From positions 1,536,001 through 1,600,000 of the forward strand of contig OY782041.1 of NCBI GenBank assembly GCA_963677595.1: a stretch of 64,000 nucleotides of DNA, in the 5' to 3' direction. The notes under the pieces were generated by a model. That model was not told the origin of the DNA. It saw nothing but the letters and a program-made list of their open reading frames with translations, and did not search any database. This document shows positions 39,881-48,967 of this stretch, one piece after another. Made by a program: the position numbers and the translations under genes. The stretch is from Spirochaetia bacterium. Its GTDB lineage: Bacteria > Spirochaetota > Spirochaetia > CAKZLE01. The number at the start of each line of letters is the position of its first letter. The stretch's first letter is position 1.

Positions 39881-40178
39881 ATTATATTGTATAGGTTCAA
39901 GACCATTGTTTCAATAACGAATCAACCATGAACCCATGAAATAAAGCTACCCTATTATGTCAGGTATTTTTCTATATGTGGAGCAAGAGAAGATATCTGA
40001 GATAGGGTATTCACAAATCCATCATTGTGGCTTATGATGGTTTGAAATGAGGGAAATTCATCCAAAGGATTTCATTTTTGCAAACATTGTTTTACTTCGG
40101 AAGCAACGAACGTATGTACGAACATCTGCTTGAAGATCCTCAGATCCACATCCTGAGATTCGAGACAGCCACAGACCT
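39881..40178 (+). repeat. 298-bp direct repeat copy 1 (long target-site duplication of the IS)
   Basis: Matches 42223..42520 with 7 substitutions and no indels; contains divergent promoter region and the first ~33 codons of the sigma54-activator gene. Confidence 0.95.
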
Positions 40179-42222
40179 CCGGACTTTGACAGGTCCCCAG
40201 CTATCAGCCACCCCTCAATCCCACCAATTATCCTGCTCCCAGCTATCTGCGGCATAGATTCCGGACAGCATTTTTTTCATATAAGAAACACATATCTGTC
40301 GACTTATGTAGAGACATATGCTATACTACTACCATAGGAGGATCCTATGTTTGTAAAACGGAACACCTACAAGACCGGCCGCACCAGTATCTCCATCTCC
40401 AAGTCCTATCGTGACGAACAAGGAAAGTCCAAGTCCCGTGTCATCAAGGGCCTCGGCTATTATGATGTGCTAGAGCGCGAACACGATGACCCCGAGGCAT
40501 TCATTCAATCTGTACTTGAACGCGCGGAACAGGAGGAAGCTCTTGAACAGGTTGTTACCAGCCTCCCCATCCACATGAATGAGAAGCTCACCGCTGAGGA
40601 TGCAAAGCAGATCTATAATTTCGGCTCTGCTGCCTTCAGCTACTTCTACCATCTCCTTGAACTCGATTATGTAATCAATAACCGCAGACGGTACACAAAG
40701 GCCGAATACAACCATAATGCGATCCTGAAAATGCTCGTCTACTCCCAACTGATCAATCCAGGCTCCAAGAAAGCATCCTTTGAAAAGAAACACCAATTCT
40801 TTGACAAGATGGATTTCTCCCTTGAGGATGTCTATCGCTCTCTTGATTTCTTTAAAACCCATTCTGATGCGATCGTGCATGCACTCGATGCCCGTATTGA
40901 GCAGGTCTTCGGCAGAGACAAATCTGTGTTTTACTATGATGTGACCAACTACTATTTTGAGATTGACCGCGAGGATGATTTTCGCATTCGGGGACCTTCC
41001 AAAGAATTTCGTCCGCTTCCCATTGTCCAGCTGGGTCTGTTCCTTGATGCACAGGGACTTCCCCTTTCGTTCAAACTCTTCGAAGGGAACACCCACGATT
41101 CAAAAACCTTCTTCGATTCGTTTTCTGATGTCAATTCCACCTTCCGTCCGAAGGACCAGCGAGTCGTGGTTGTTGCCGATAACGGGATGTTCAGTGGAGA
41201 CAATATTCGTCAGGTCCTGCTCAACAAACAAGGCTTCATTGTTGCCTATTCCCTGAAGAAGGGTACTGATGCACTGAAGAAGTTCGCCTTCGATACCTCC
41301 GGCTACTCATTTGTGGATACCGTAACAGACCCCAAGACCGGTAAGCTCTTCAAGCAGATACGGCCATGGAATCCCAAGCATACGTATGCGGATGAGGTGG
41401 TGCGATTCAAGGAGATCATTACCCCCTACGAGATCCACGTCTCTTCATTGGAAGGGAAGAAGACCTCCGTGAAGCTTGATACGGTCAAGATCGTAGTCAG
41501 CTATTCCCCGAAGTATGCTGCCAAAGCGAAAGAGGAGCGGGCTAAGATCATTGAGAAGCTACAGAAGCGCATTGCTTCCGGACGGGTGATTGGCTCAAAT
41601 GATGTTCGCAAGTATATTGCTACCACCTCATTCTCTAAGGAGAGTGGGGAAGAGGTAGATGTGGAACAACTCCTGGCGATTGATGAGGAGAAACTTGCTC
41701 GTGATGCCCAGTTTGATGGACTTCATGCGATTTTCACTACCGAGCTTGATCTGCCGGCCAGCCAGGTTGTCAGGAAGTATCGTGGGCTATGGGAGATTGA
41801 GGAGACCTTCCGCATCTCAAAAAAGGATTTGAAAACCAGGCCGGTCTTCGTATCCACGCTCAATCACATCAAGGCACATTTCTTGATAAGCTTTCTGGCC
41901 TTGACCATTCTGCGGTTACTGGAGAAACAGATCGGTGAAGTCTTTACTACTTCCGAGATTCTAAACGCCTTACGAGAGTCAAAGGCTTATTACCTTGGGG
42001 ACAACATTTACCGGTTCTACCATACCGATCCCTGCTTAGAAGCTATTGGGAAGGCTACAGGCATTGATTTCAGCCGGAAGTATATGACCAAGGCTGAGAT
42101 CAGAAAAACTTTCGCCGCAACAAAAAAATTCGAGAATTAGACCACATATTTGTGTGCTGAGAAATGGCGGTTTAATTCATATAGGGTAATACTTTATAAA
42201 ATTTTATGCTGCCAAAGACAGG
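40179..42222 (+). mobile_element. IS1634-family insertion sequence
   Basis: Imperfect terminal IRs CCGGACTTTGACAG / CTGCCAAAGACAGG (11 of 14 match) exactly abutting the direct repeats; one DDE transposase. Confidence 0.9.
40347..42140 (+). CDS. IS1634-family DDE transposase
   Basis: YYDVTNYYFEI, GPSKEFRPLPIVQLGL, LFEGNTHD, VVADNG, YRGLWEIEETFR..K..L.TRPVF.....HI.AH; AGGAGG RBS. Confidence 0.93.
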   Translation: MFVKRNTYKTGRTSISISKSYRDEQGKSKSRVIKGLGYYDVLEREHDDPEAFIQSVLERAEQEEALEQVVTSLPIHMNEKLTAEDAKQIYNFGSAAFSYFYHLLELDYVINNRRRYTKAEYNHNAILKMLVYSQLINPGSKKASFEKKHQFFDKMDFSLEDVYRSLDFFKTHSDAIVHALDARIEQVFGRDKSVFYYDVTNYYFEIDREDDFRIRGPSKEFRPLPIVQLGLFLDAQGLPLSFKLFEGNTHDSKTFFDSFSDVNSTFRPKDQRVVVVADNGMFSGDNIRQVLLNKQGFIVAYSLKKGTDALKKFAFDTSGYSFVDTVTDPKTGKLFKQIRPWNPKHTYADEVVRFKEIITPYEIHVSSLEGKKTSVKLDTVKIVVSYSPKYAAKAKEERAKIIEKLQKRIASGRVIGSNDVRKYIATTSFSKESGEEVDVEQLLAIDEEKLARDAQFDGLHAIFTTELDLPASQVVRKYRGLWEIEETFRISKKDLKTRPVFVSTLNHIKAHFLISFLALTILRLLEKQIGEVFTTSEILNALRESKAYYLGDNIYRFYHTDPCLEAIGKATGIDFSRKYMTKAEIRKTFAATKKFEN

Positions 42223-42520
42223 ATTATATTGTATAGGTTCAAGACCATTGTTTCAATAACGAATCAACCATGAACCCATGAAATAAAGCTACCCTATTAT
42301 GTCAGGTATTTTTCTATATGTGGAGCAAGAGAAGATATCTGAGATAGGGTATTCACAAATCCATCCTTGTGGCTTATGATAGTTTGGAATGAGGGAAATT
42401 CATCCAAAGGATTTCATTTTTGCAAACATTGTTTTACTTCGGAACCAACGAGCGTATGTACGAACACCTGCTTGAAGACCCTCAGATCCACATCCTGAGA
42501 TTCGAGACAGCCACAGACCT
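42223..42520 (+). repeat. 298-bp direct repeat copy 2
   Basis: See copy 1; continues into the intact sigma54-activator ORF. Confidence 0.95.
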
Positions 42521-43550
42521 GATCAAGAAAGCCGGCCGCACCAGGCTTGACGGCATCATGGTAGATGAGAAAGAGGTCGACACGGACCGGTTCATGGAGG
42601 AGCTTACCAGTTCCGGCTGCCATGGGCCATTCCTTTTCCTGAAGACTCAGGTAATCACCATGGTCAGGGACATCAAGGACCGCTCAAGGAAGATACTGTT
42701 CATAGACTATTCGACCGTGACCGACTCCATACTGCAGTTCATCAGCGCCTGCAGGGAGGCCGAGGCTGCCAACTTCAGGGGGTATGAGATCCCCCTCGTC
42801 GGGAGTTCCAGGGAGATGATGGAAGTCAAGGAGCTCGTCAGCTCGTATGTCGCATCCCCTGACCCGGTCTTCATCATCGGGGAGTCCGGTACGGGCAAGG
42901 GCATCATCGCGAGGAGTCTCCATGAGTGCTCCGGCTGCACCGGGGCATTCCAGAATCTCAACTGCTCATCGATACAGGGAAACCTCTTCGAGTCCGAGAT
43001 GTTCGGCCATACGAAAGGGTCCTTCACCGGGGCAGTCGGGGACAGGAAGGGCCTCCTCGAGACCGCGCAGGATGGGACAGTCTTCCTTGATGAGATCGGG
43101 GATCTTCCCATGGACCAGCAGCCGAAACTCCTGAAGGCGATAGAGGAGAAGCAGTTCCGCAAGGTCGGCTCCTCCAAGATGATCGATTACAATGCCAGGT
43201 TCGTCAGTGCGACGAACAAGAAGAACGTCAGCAAGGAGAAGTTCCGGCAGGACCTGTACTTCAGGATCAGTACCCTGTCCGTCAGCATCCCCCCCCTCCG
43301 GGACCATGTCGATGACATTCCCGAACTCGTCCATCATCTCTTGCGGATAAAACATCCCCAGTTCACGATCTCCGAGGTATCCTATCGCACCCTCATGGAG
43401 TATGACTGGCCGGGGAACGTACGCCAGCTGGGAGCCTGCCTTGATTTCTTCTGCAACCAGTTCTACTCGACGAAGGTACTCTCAATCAACACGGCATGGT
43501 TCGACACCTACCTCACGAGAATAGTCAAGGGCTTCTTCGAAGATATATGA
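42420..43550 (+). CDS. Sigma54-interacting AAA+ regulator (bEBP) apparently lacking a C-terminal HTH
   Basis: GESGTGK Walker A, ESEMFGHTKGSFTGA, FLDEIGD, FRQDLYFRI, WPGNVRQL. Confidence 0.85.
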   Translation: MQTLFYFGTNERMYEHLLEDPQIHILRFETATDLIKKAGRTRLDGIMVDEKEVDTDRFMEELTSSGCHGPFLFLKTQVITMVRDIKDRSRKILFIDYSTVTDSILQFISACREAEAANFRGYEIPLVGSSREMMEVKELVSSYVASPDPVFIIGESGTGKGIIARSLHECSGCTGAFQNLNCSSIQGNLFESEMFGHTKGSFTGAVGDRKGLLETAQDGTVFLDEIGDLPMDQQPKLLKAIEEKQFRKVGSSKMIDYNARFVSATNKKNVSKEKFRQDLYFRISTLSVSIPPLRDHVDDIPELVHHLLRIKHPQFTISEVSYRTLMEYDWPGNVRQLGACLDFFCNQFYSTKVLSINTAWFDTYLTRIVKGFFEDI

Positions 43551-43554
43551 GACC

Positions 43555-44199
43555 ATGAGAGAACACTATAGTGACTACATCATCATCTCGTTCTGCAGGT
43601 GTTCGCTGGAGGAACGGCTTTCCATCGAACGGAACCTGGGACCCTACCCGGACCTGGAGCTGAACTTCACGGACACCTGCGATCTCGAGGATGACTGTGA
43701 TCTCTATATATTACCAAGCAGAGAGCTCCTGGCACTGTCCAGGAGCCGCATCCTCGAGAGCGGGATCCCGATCATCGCATTCGGGTTCGTGAATCAGATC
43801 CATACGGCCTTCTCCTACCATGTCAGGGACTTCATCACCTACCCCTTCTCGGAAGCTGAGATGTTCGAGCGCATCACCAAGCATGCAGCACGGTCCTTCT
43901 GTTTCCAGAAAGACGAGTTCTTCAGCTTCTCGAGGAGCAGGCTCATCTACAAGGATTCCTCTATCCCGATCTCGCTGACGGAATACTTCTACCTCTCCTG
44001 CCTGACCAAGGCCGGAGGCAACCCGGTATCACGGGAACTCCTCGGGAAAGGCTCGAACATGAAGATCGGCAAGGATAGCCGGACCCCTGATAACATCATC
44101 TCCCATATCAGGAAGAAGTTCAGGCAATTGCTGCCGATCGACCGGAACCTGATCAAACCCGTGCGGGGCGTCGGCTACCGATTGGAGAGAATATCCTGA
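43555..44199 (+). CDS. OmpR-type winged-helix protein with degenerate receiver-like N-terminus
   Basis: DFITYPFS, ISLTEY..L..L....G.PVSRE.L, SRT.D..IS.IRKK, IKPVRGVGYRL. Confidence 0.8.
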   Translation: MREHYSDYIIISFCRCSLEERLSIERNLGPYPDLELNFTDTCDLEDDCDLYILPSRELLALSRSRILESGIPIIAFGFVNQIHTAFSYHVRDFITYPFSEAEMFERITKHAARSFCFQKDEFFSFSRSRLIYKDSSIPISLTEYFYLSCLTKAGGNPVSRELLGKGSNMKIGKDSRTPDNIISHIRKKFRQLLPIDRNLIKPVRGVGYRLERIS

Positions 44200-44222
44200 T
44201 TTCACCCCTTTTCGGAACAACC

Positions 44223-44454
44223 TGTGGATAACTTGTGAAAAACTTCTGGTTTTCCTGAATTTTCGATGGAAAAATTAAAAAAATTTACACGCAGAATCTC
44301 TTGTGTTGCAGACGTATTTTTAATTCCTTTTGTTGTAAATAATTAAAAGCTGTTGGTGTAAAATTTACATATTTTTTGATAAAAATGCTTGACAAGAAAT
44401 ACGATGACTAAGAAATCCACAGGTTTGCATAACTTGTGGATAACTTGTGAAGAA
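44223..44454. promoter_or_regulatory. DnaA-box cluster in an AT-rich convergent intergenic region
   Basis: TGTGGATAA at 44223 and 44435, TGTGAAAAA at 44234, near-matches at 44413, 44424, 44446; 11-bp spacing. Confidence 0.75.
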
Positions 44455-44487
44455 GTACGAAATGATCACCGGGAATGACCGCCAGGC

Positions 44488-45774
44488 TCAAGGATTTGCC
44501 TTTTTCACGATATCCACACCGAGCGTCTTCAGTTTCCCGCAGAGGTCCTCATACCCGCGCTCGATCTGGTAGACATTCTGGATCTCACTGTACCCGCTGG
44601 CAGCGATCGCCGCGATGACCAGGGCCATACCCGCCCGCACATCCGGGGAGGTCACAAGCGCCCCGTGCAGGGGGGAAGGACCAGAGACGACAGCCCGGTG
44701 CGGATCGCACAGGACGATGTTCGCCCCCATCCTGATCAGCATGTCGACGAAGTACATCCTCGACTCGAACATCTTCTCATGGACGAGGATCGTCCCCTGC
44801 ATCTGTGTGGCGACGACGGTGATGATGCTCAGCAGGTCCGCGGGGAATCCCGGCCAGGGGGAATCGTCTATCTTCGAGATCATGCCGCTGACATCGGGCC
44901 GGACGAGCCGGTCCTGCTTCCGCGGGACGTAGATCCCGTCTTTCCAGGTTTCCCATGTAATACCGAGTTTCCCATAGCCAAGCCCGATCATGGGAAGCTG
45001 CTGGGAATCGACGTTCCGTATCTCGATATCCCCCTGGGTGGCAGCAGCCAGCCCGATGAACGAACCGATCTCCATATAGTCTGGACCGACAGTGAACTCC
45101 GTGCCCGACAGTCTTGGCACACCGGTGATGAAGAGGAGGTTCGAACCCACCCCGGAGATCCTGGCGCCCATCCTGTTCAGCATGCTGCAGAGGTCCTGTA
45201 TATGGGGCTCGCTCGCTGCATTCCTGATGACGGTCTCCCCCTCGGTGAGGACCGATGCCATGACGGCATTCTCGGTGGCGGTGACCGATGCCTCGTCAAG
45301 GAAGATGGTGCTCCCGGTGAGCTTCCCTCCCCGTATGGTGATGTTCCGCTCCTCATCGATCTCAGAGACCGCCCCGAGAGACCTGAATGCCAGGAAGTGG
45401 GTGTCGAGCCGTCTCAGCCCGATGACATCCCCGCCGGGAGGTGTGAGTCGGACCTGCCCGACGCGGCTGAGCAGCGGACCGGCAAGGAGTATAGAGGCAC
45501 GGATACGGTCAGCATGCTCGGGGTCTATCTCCCCGATGATATCATGGGTCACGATACGGTAGGAGCCTTCCCCAAGGTGGTGCACGGTCGAGCCGAGCCC
45601 TTCGAGGATCGCCAGCATGCTGTTCACGTCCTCGATCTCCGGGACGTTGTGGAGGGTCACCTCCTCATCGGTCAGCAGCGTCGCCGCAAGGCACGGCAGT
45701 GCCGCGTTCTTGTTCCCGCTTGCCGTGATCGTTCCCGAGAGCCTGTTCCCACCGTGTATGCAGTATGATCCCAT
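44488..45774 (-). CDS. murA: UDP-N-acetylglucosamine 1-carboxyvinyltransferase (Asp at the Cys115-equivalent position)
   Basis: GNKNAALP, RASILLAGPLL, PPGGDVIG.R..DTH, SVTATEN, WPGFPAD, IERGYE. Confidence 0.96.
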   Translation of the reverse strand: MGSYCIHGGNRLSGTITASGNKNAALPCLAATLLTDEEVTLHNVPEIEDVNSMLAILEGLGSTVHHLGEGSYRIVTHDIIGEIDPEHADRIRASILLAGPLLSRVGQVRLTPPGGDVIGLRRLDTHFLAFRSLGAVSEIDEERNITIRGGKLTGSTIFLDEASVTATENAVMASVLTEGETVIRNAASEPHIQDLCSMLNRMGARISGVGSNLLFITGVPRLSGTEFTVGPDYMEIGSFIGLAAATQGDIEIRNVDSQQLPMIGLGYGKLGITWETWKDGIYVPRKQDRLVRPDVSGMISKIDDSPWPGFPADLLSIITVVATQMQGTILVHEKMFESRMYFVDMLIRMGANIVLCDPHRAVVSGPSPLHGALVTSPDVRAGMALVIAAIAASGYSEIQNVYQIERGYEDLCGKLKTLGVDIVKKANP

Positions 45775-45805
45775 AGCTCTACTCTACCGTCAAATGACCT
45801 GCTGT

Positions 45806-46927
45806 TCAAGAAGTTTGTTCGACCCGGTAGGTATCCCGCCGTTTCCCCCGGTAGGGGTTGCGGGCCTGCTTCAAAAACTGGCGGTAATGGTCACAGGCAC
45901 GGTAATAGGTATCCATGCTCCGGTAGGAGGAGGAGATGTCGCAGCGGAAGAGTTCGAGGACCTGGGGGTAATCCGGTGAACGCAGGATATCATCGATCCT
46001 GTGTGAGGGGAGCCGGGGGGCATAGGAGGGGACCATATGGTTCCGGATGAGGAAGTGGACCTTCTCCCTGAGCCCGGTATCGAAGGAGAGCCCCTGCAGG
46101 AACCTGCCAGCCCTGTCAGCCCCGATCTGGGCATGCCGGTTGAACCGGTTGTTATCCTGCCTGGAGGCGAATGCCTTGCCGCAGTCGTGTAAGAGGATCG
46201 CAAGCTGCAGCTCCAGCTCATTCCCCTTGCTGTAGGAGAACATCTCGAGGGTATGATCCCATACATCCCCCTCGGGGTGGAAATCCTTGTCCTGCTCGAC
46301 CCCCACCATCGAGGCAAGCAGTTCCCAGTGGGAAGAGATGAACCCGATCTCCTGCAGGTACCTCAGCCCCGCTGCCGTGTCCCCGGATTCCAGCAGTCTC
46401 ATGAGGAGCAGCCGCTGGTAGTCCTCGCTTACCGGCTCAGGGAGGCGTGCCAGCCGGTATTCAGGGACGGAACACCCGTATCGTGCGGCAAGGAGCGCGA
46501 GGTCACAGATATCATGCCAGCCCCTGAATCCCTGCTCGTCGATGCCCTCCTGGGAGACAGTCCGCTCCCTGATGGCAAAATACTGACCGCGGGGGTCAAA
46601 GAACTTCCTCTCCAGCGGGTCGAAGAAGAACTCGAGCATCCTGATCGGGGAGACGGAGAGCACCTCCTTCTCGGTGAGGTGGATGATGAGCTGCAGCTCC
46701 CCGACTTCCAGCACAGCATCGATCCCCTCAGTCCCAAGAAAGGAGAGATCCCCTAGGGGTGCAAGTGCTGTCAATGAGGCATCGGTCGCACACTCCAGGA
46801 TCCTGCCGGGATCCCGGCCGAGAAGGTGATCGATCGCTGAGCAGCCTGACAGATAGAGGAACGAACCCACTTCTCCCAACTGCTGTGCTGCTTCGATTAG
46901 TGTTTCCGGTACCTGCGGTCTACTCAC
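45806..46927 (-). CDS. HD-domain protein resembling CCA-adding enzyme / poly(A) polymerase, degenerate head domain
   Basis: Q...FHPEGDVWDHT, LLHDCGK, HAQIGA; N-terminus aligns loosely with the GGxVRD..LG...D.D motif. Confidence 0.7.
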   Translation of the reverse strand: MSRPQVPETLIEAAQQLGEVGSFLYLSGCSAIDHLLGRDPGRILECATDASLTALAPLGDLSFLGTEGIDAVLEVGELQLIIHLTEKEVLSVSPIRMLEFFFDPLERKFFDPRGQYFAIRERTVSQEGIDEQGFRGWHDICDLALLAARYGCSVPEYRLARLPEPVSEDYQRLLLMRLLESGDTAAGLRYLQEIGFISSHWELLASMVGVEQDKDFHPEGDVWDHTLEMFSYSKGNELELQLAILLHDCGKAFASRQDNNRFNRHAQIGADRAGRFLQGLSFDTGLREKVHFLIRNHMVPSYAPRLPSHRIDDILRSPDYPQVLELFRCDISSSYRSMDTYYRACDHYRQFLKQARNPYRGKRRDTYRVEQTS

Positions 46928-47042
46928 GATATTTCCTTTGAAGTGGTACTTATGCTTATACCATAGATTCCATCTTTTCCCTAGGGCATAATCCCATGAT
47001 TCCCCCCTTACGCAGTATCACTCCCTGTTGTATACTGGCTGT

Positions 47043-47801
47043 ATGAAGAAGATCCCCCTCTACCTGGTCCTTATCTTCCTGTGCACCGCATCCTTCCCAG
47101 TCACCGCCGGCTACTACCCTCCCGGTGACATCCAGGAGATCTACAGCACCCCTGAGTACACCGCGTTCTATGAGGCAATCTACAATGCTGAGGCTGTCGG
47201 GGTTATCATGGGCATCCATGAATCGCTGCAGGCATTCATCGCTGCAAGCAGGTTCTCATCCCCGGCGAAGGTCATCACCGCCTGCAGGGCATCGATGATC
47301 CTCGGCAAGCACTTCATCAACGAGGAGTACTGCAGGGATTTCGTACAGGCTGAGGCCATCCTCCAGGGGACCCTGGAGGCGCTGCAGCAGGTCCCCGAGC
47401 AGGAGAGGGGGCTGGAGTACCGCCTCGTCGAGGGAGAACTCTACGGCTCGTTCTTCCTCCTCGACCAGGGGAAGTACCTCTTCAGTTACGGGATGAAGTC
47501 CAACACAGTCACCAACCAGGCCTGGGAGATGGACCATGAGGCCATCCGGTCTATCCTCCTTCATGTTAACCAGCTGATCTACACACCTCCCCTCTTCGGA
47601 GGAAATGTGAAGAAGGCCCGGGAATTGCTGCTTACCATCGTCGGTGATGAGCTGCTCCCGGTTGACCGGTATACGGTCTACTCCTGCCTCGGCATGGTCG
47701 AGAAGCGCCTGCGTCATACCCAGGAGGCGGAGGAGTATTTCTCCCTTGCATTGTCGATCTACCCGGGGAACCGCTATATACGGCAGGTTATGGCAGAATG
47801 A
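47043..47801 (+). CDS. Exported TPR-containing hypothetical protein
   Basis: MKK signal peptide, TPPLFGG, C-terminal TPR (A..YF..AL.IYP.N). Confidence 0.7.
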   Translation: MKKIPLYLVLIFLCTASFPVTAGYYPPGDIQEIYSTPEYTAFYEAIYNAEAVGVIMGIHESLQAFIAASRFSSPAKVITACRASMILGKHFINEEYCRDFVQAEAILQGTLEALQQVPEQERGLEYRLVEGELYGSFFLLDQGKYLFSYGMKSNTVTNQAWEMDHEAIRSILLHVNQLIYTPPLFGGNVKKARELLLTIVGDELLPVDRYTVYSCLGMVEKRLRHTQEAEEYFSLALSIYPGNRYIRQVMAE

Positions 47802-47842
47802 TGATTGACCTGTGAATCCCTCCCGGTTATGCTTAACACAGT

Positions 47843-48967
47843 ATGTGGAATATCTACCTGCTCCTGATCATAGGCATAGGGCTCTACGCGTTCGTCCTCT
47901 CGGCTTCCAACCTGCTGTTCATGTACCGGAACACCAGGCAGGCAGGAGTGCAGGAGGGGCCGCTCATCTCCATCCTCATCCCTGCACGCAATGAGGAGGC
48001 CTCGATCGGGGCATGTCTCAGGTCCTTATGCAGGCAGACCTATACCAATATCGAGATCCTCGTCCTTGATGACCATTCCGTTGACAGTACCCAGGATATC
48101 GTGCGATCCCTCATGGAGAAGGACCCCAGGATCAGGCTCGTGGTGGGCAAGGCCCTGCCGGATGGCTGGAACGGCAAGAACTTCGCGCTCCAGCAGCTCT
48201 CGGAGCTCGCGTCGGGAAGCTATTACCTCCTGACCGATGCCGACACCATCCACAGCCAGGAGAGTGTCTCGTTCGCCTACACGAACCTGCTGCACCATGG
48301 GTGTGAGATGCTCTCAGGCTACCCGAAGCAGCTAGCCCCGTCACTCTCCACCCTCGCAGTAGTGACCGCCATGCATCTCAATATCCTCTTCCTGAACCCG
48401 TTATGGCTCCAGAAGAGGAGTTCCTCTCCCCTGCTCGGCCTGGCTATCGGGCAGTACATCTTCATCCAGGCAGACTGTTTCCATGCAATCGGGGGCTTCT
48501 CCCCCATACGTGATTCCATCACCGATGACATCCACCTTGCCCGGCTTCTCCTCTCTAAGGGGTACCACCAGGTATTCCTCGATGCGGGATCTGTCGTCTC
48601 CTGCAGAATGTACGATACTTTCACCACCGCGATGAAGGGGATCACCCGCAGCGTCCTCGATTTCCTTGACAAGAGGATCATCATACCGCTGGTAGCCCTG
48701 CCGTTCATCCTCGCCTGCATGGTCGCCCCTACTGGGATCGTGATCTTCCAGCTGGTCACACAGGGCTATGTCTCGGGACTGCTCATCATCGGGTTCACCC
48801 TCTTCATACTCTCCTGGATGCAGACCATGATCTTCCTCAGGTACCCCCTCAAGACGATCATCCTCTTCGCACCGACCATGCTGGTCGTGGTGACCATGCT
48901 CCTCTATGGCTGCCTGATCACGATCACCGGAAAGGGATATGTATGGAAAGACCGCATCGTGAAATAA
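47843..48967 (+). CDS. Glycosyltransferase family 2 (CrtQ/HpnB-like)
   Basis: ISILIPARNEE, LDDHSVDST, LPDGWNGK.FAL.QL, TDADT, TDDI.LAR, CRMY, W K.R C-terminus. Confidence 0.88.
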   Translation: MWNIYLLLIIGIGLYAFVLSASNLLFMYRNTRQAGVQEGPLISILIPARNEEASIGACLRSLCRQTYTNIEILVLDDHSVDSTQDIVRSLMEKDPRIRLVVGKALPDGWNGKNFALQQLSELASGSYYLLTDADTIHSQESVSFAYTNLLHHGCEMLSGYPKQLAPSLSTLAVVTAMHLNILFLNPLWLQKRSSSPLLGLAIGQYIFIQADCFHAIGGFSPIRDSITDDIHLARLLLSKGYHQVFLDAGSVVSCRMYDTFTTAMKGITRSVLDFLDKRIIIPLVALPFILACMVAPTGIVIFQLVTQGYVSGLLIIGFTLFILSWMQTMIFLRYPLKTIILFAPTMLVVVTMLLYGCLITITGKGYVWKDRIVK

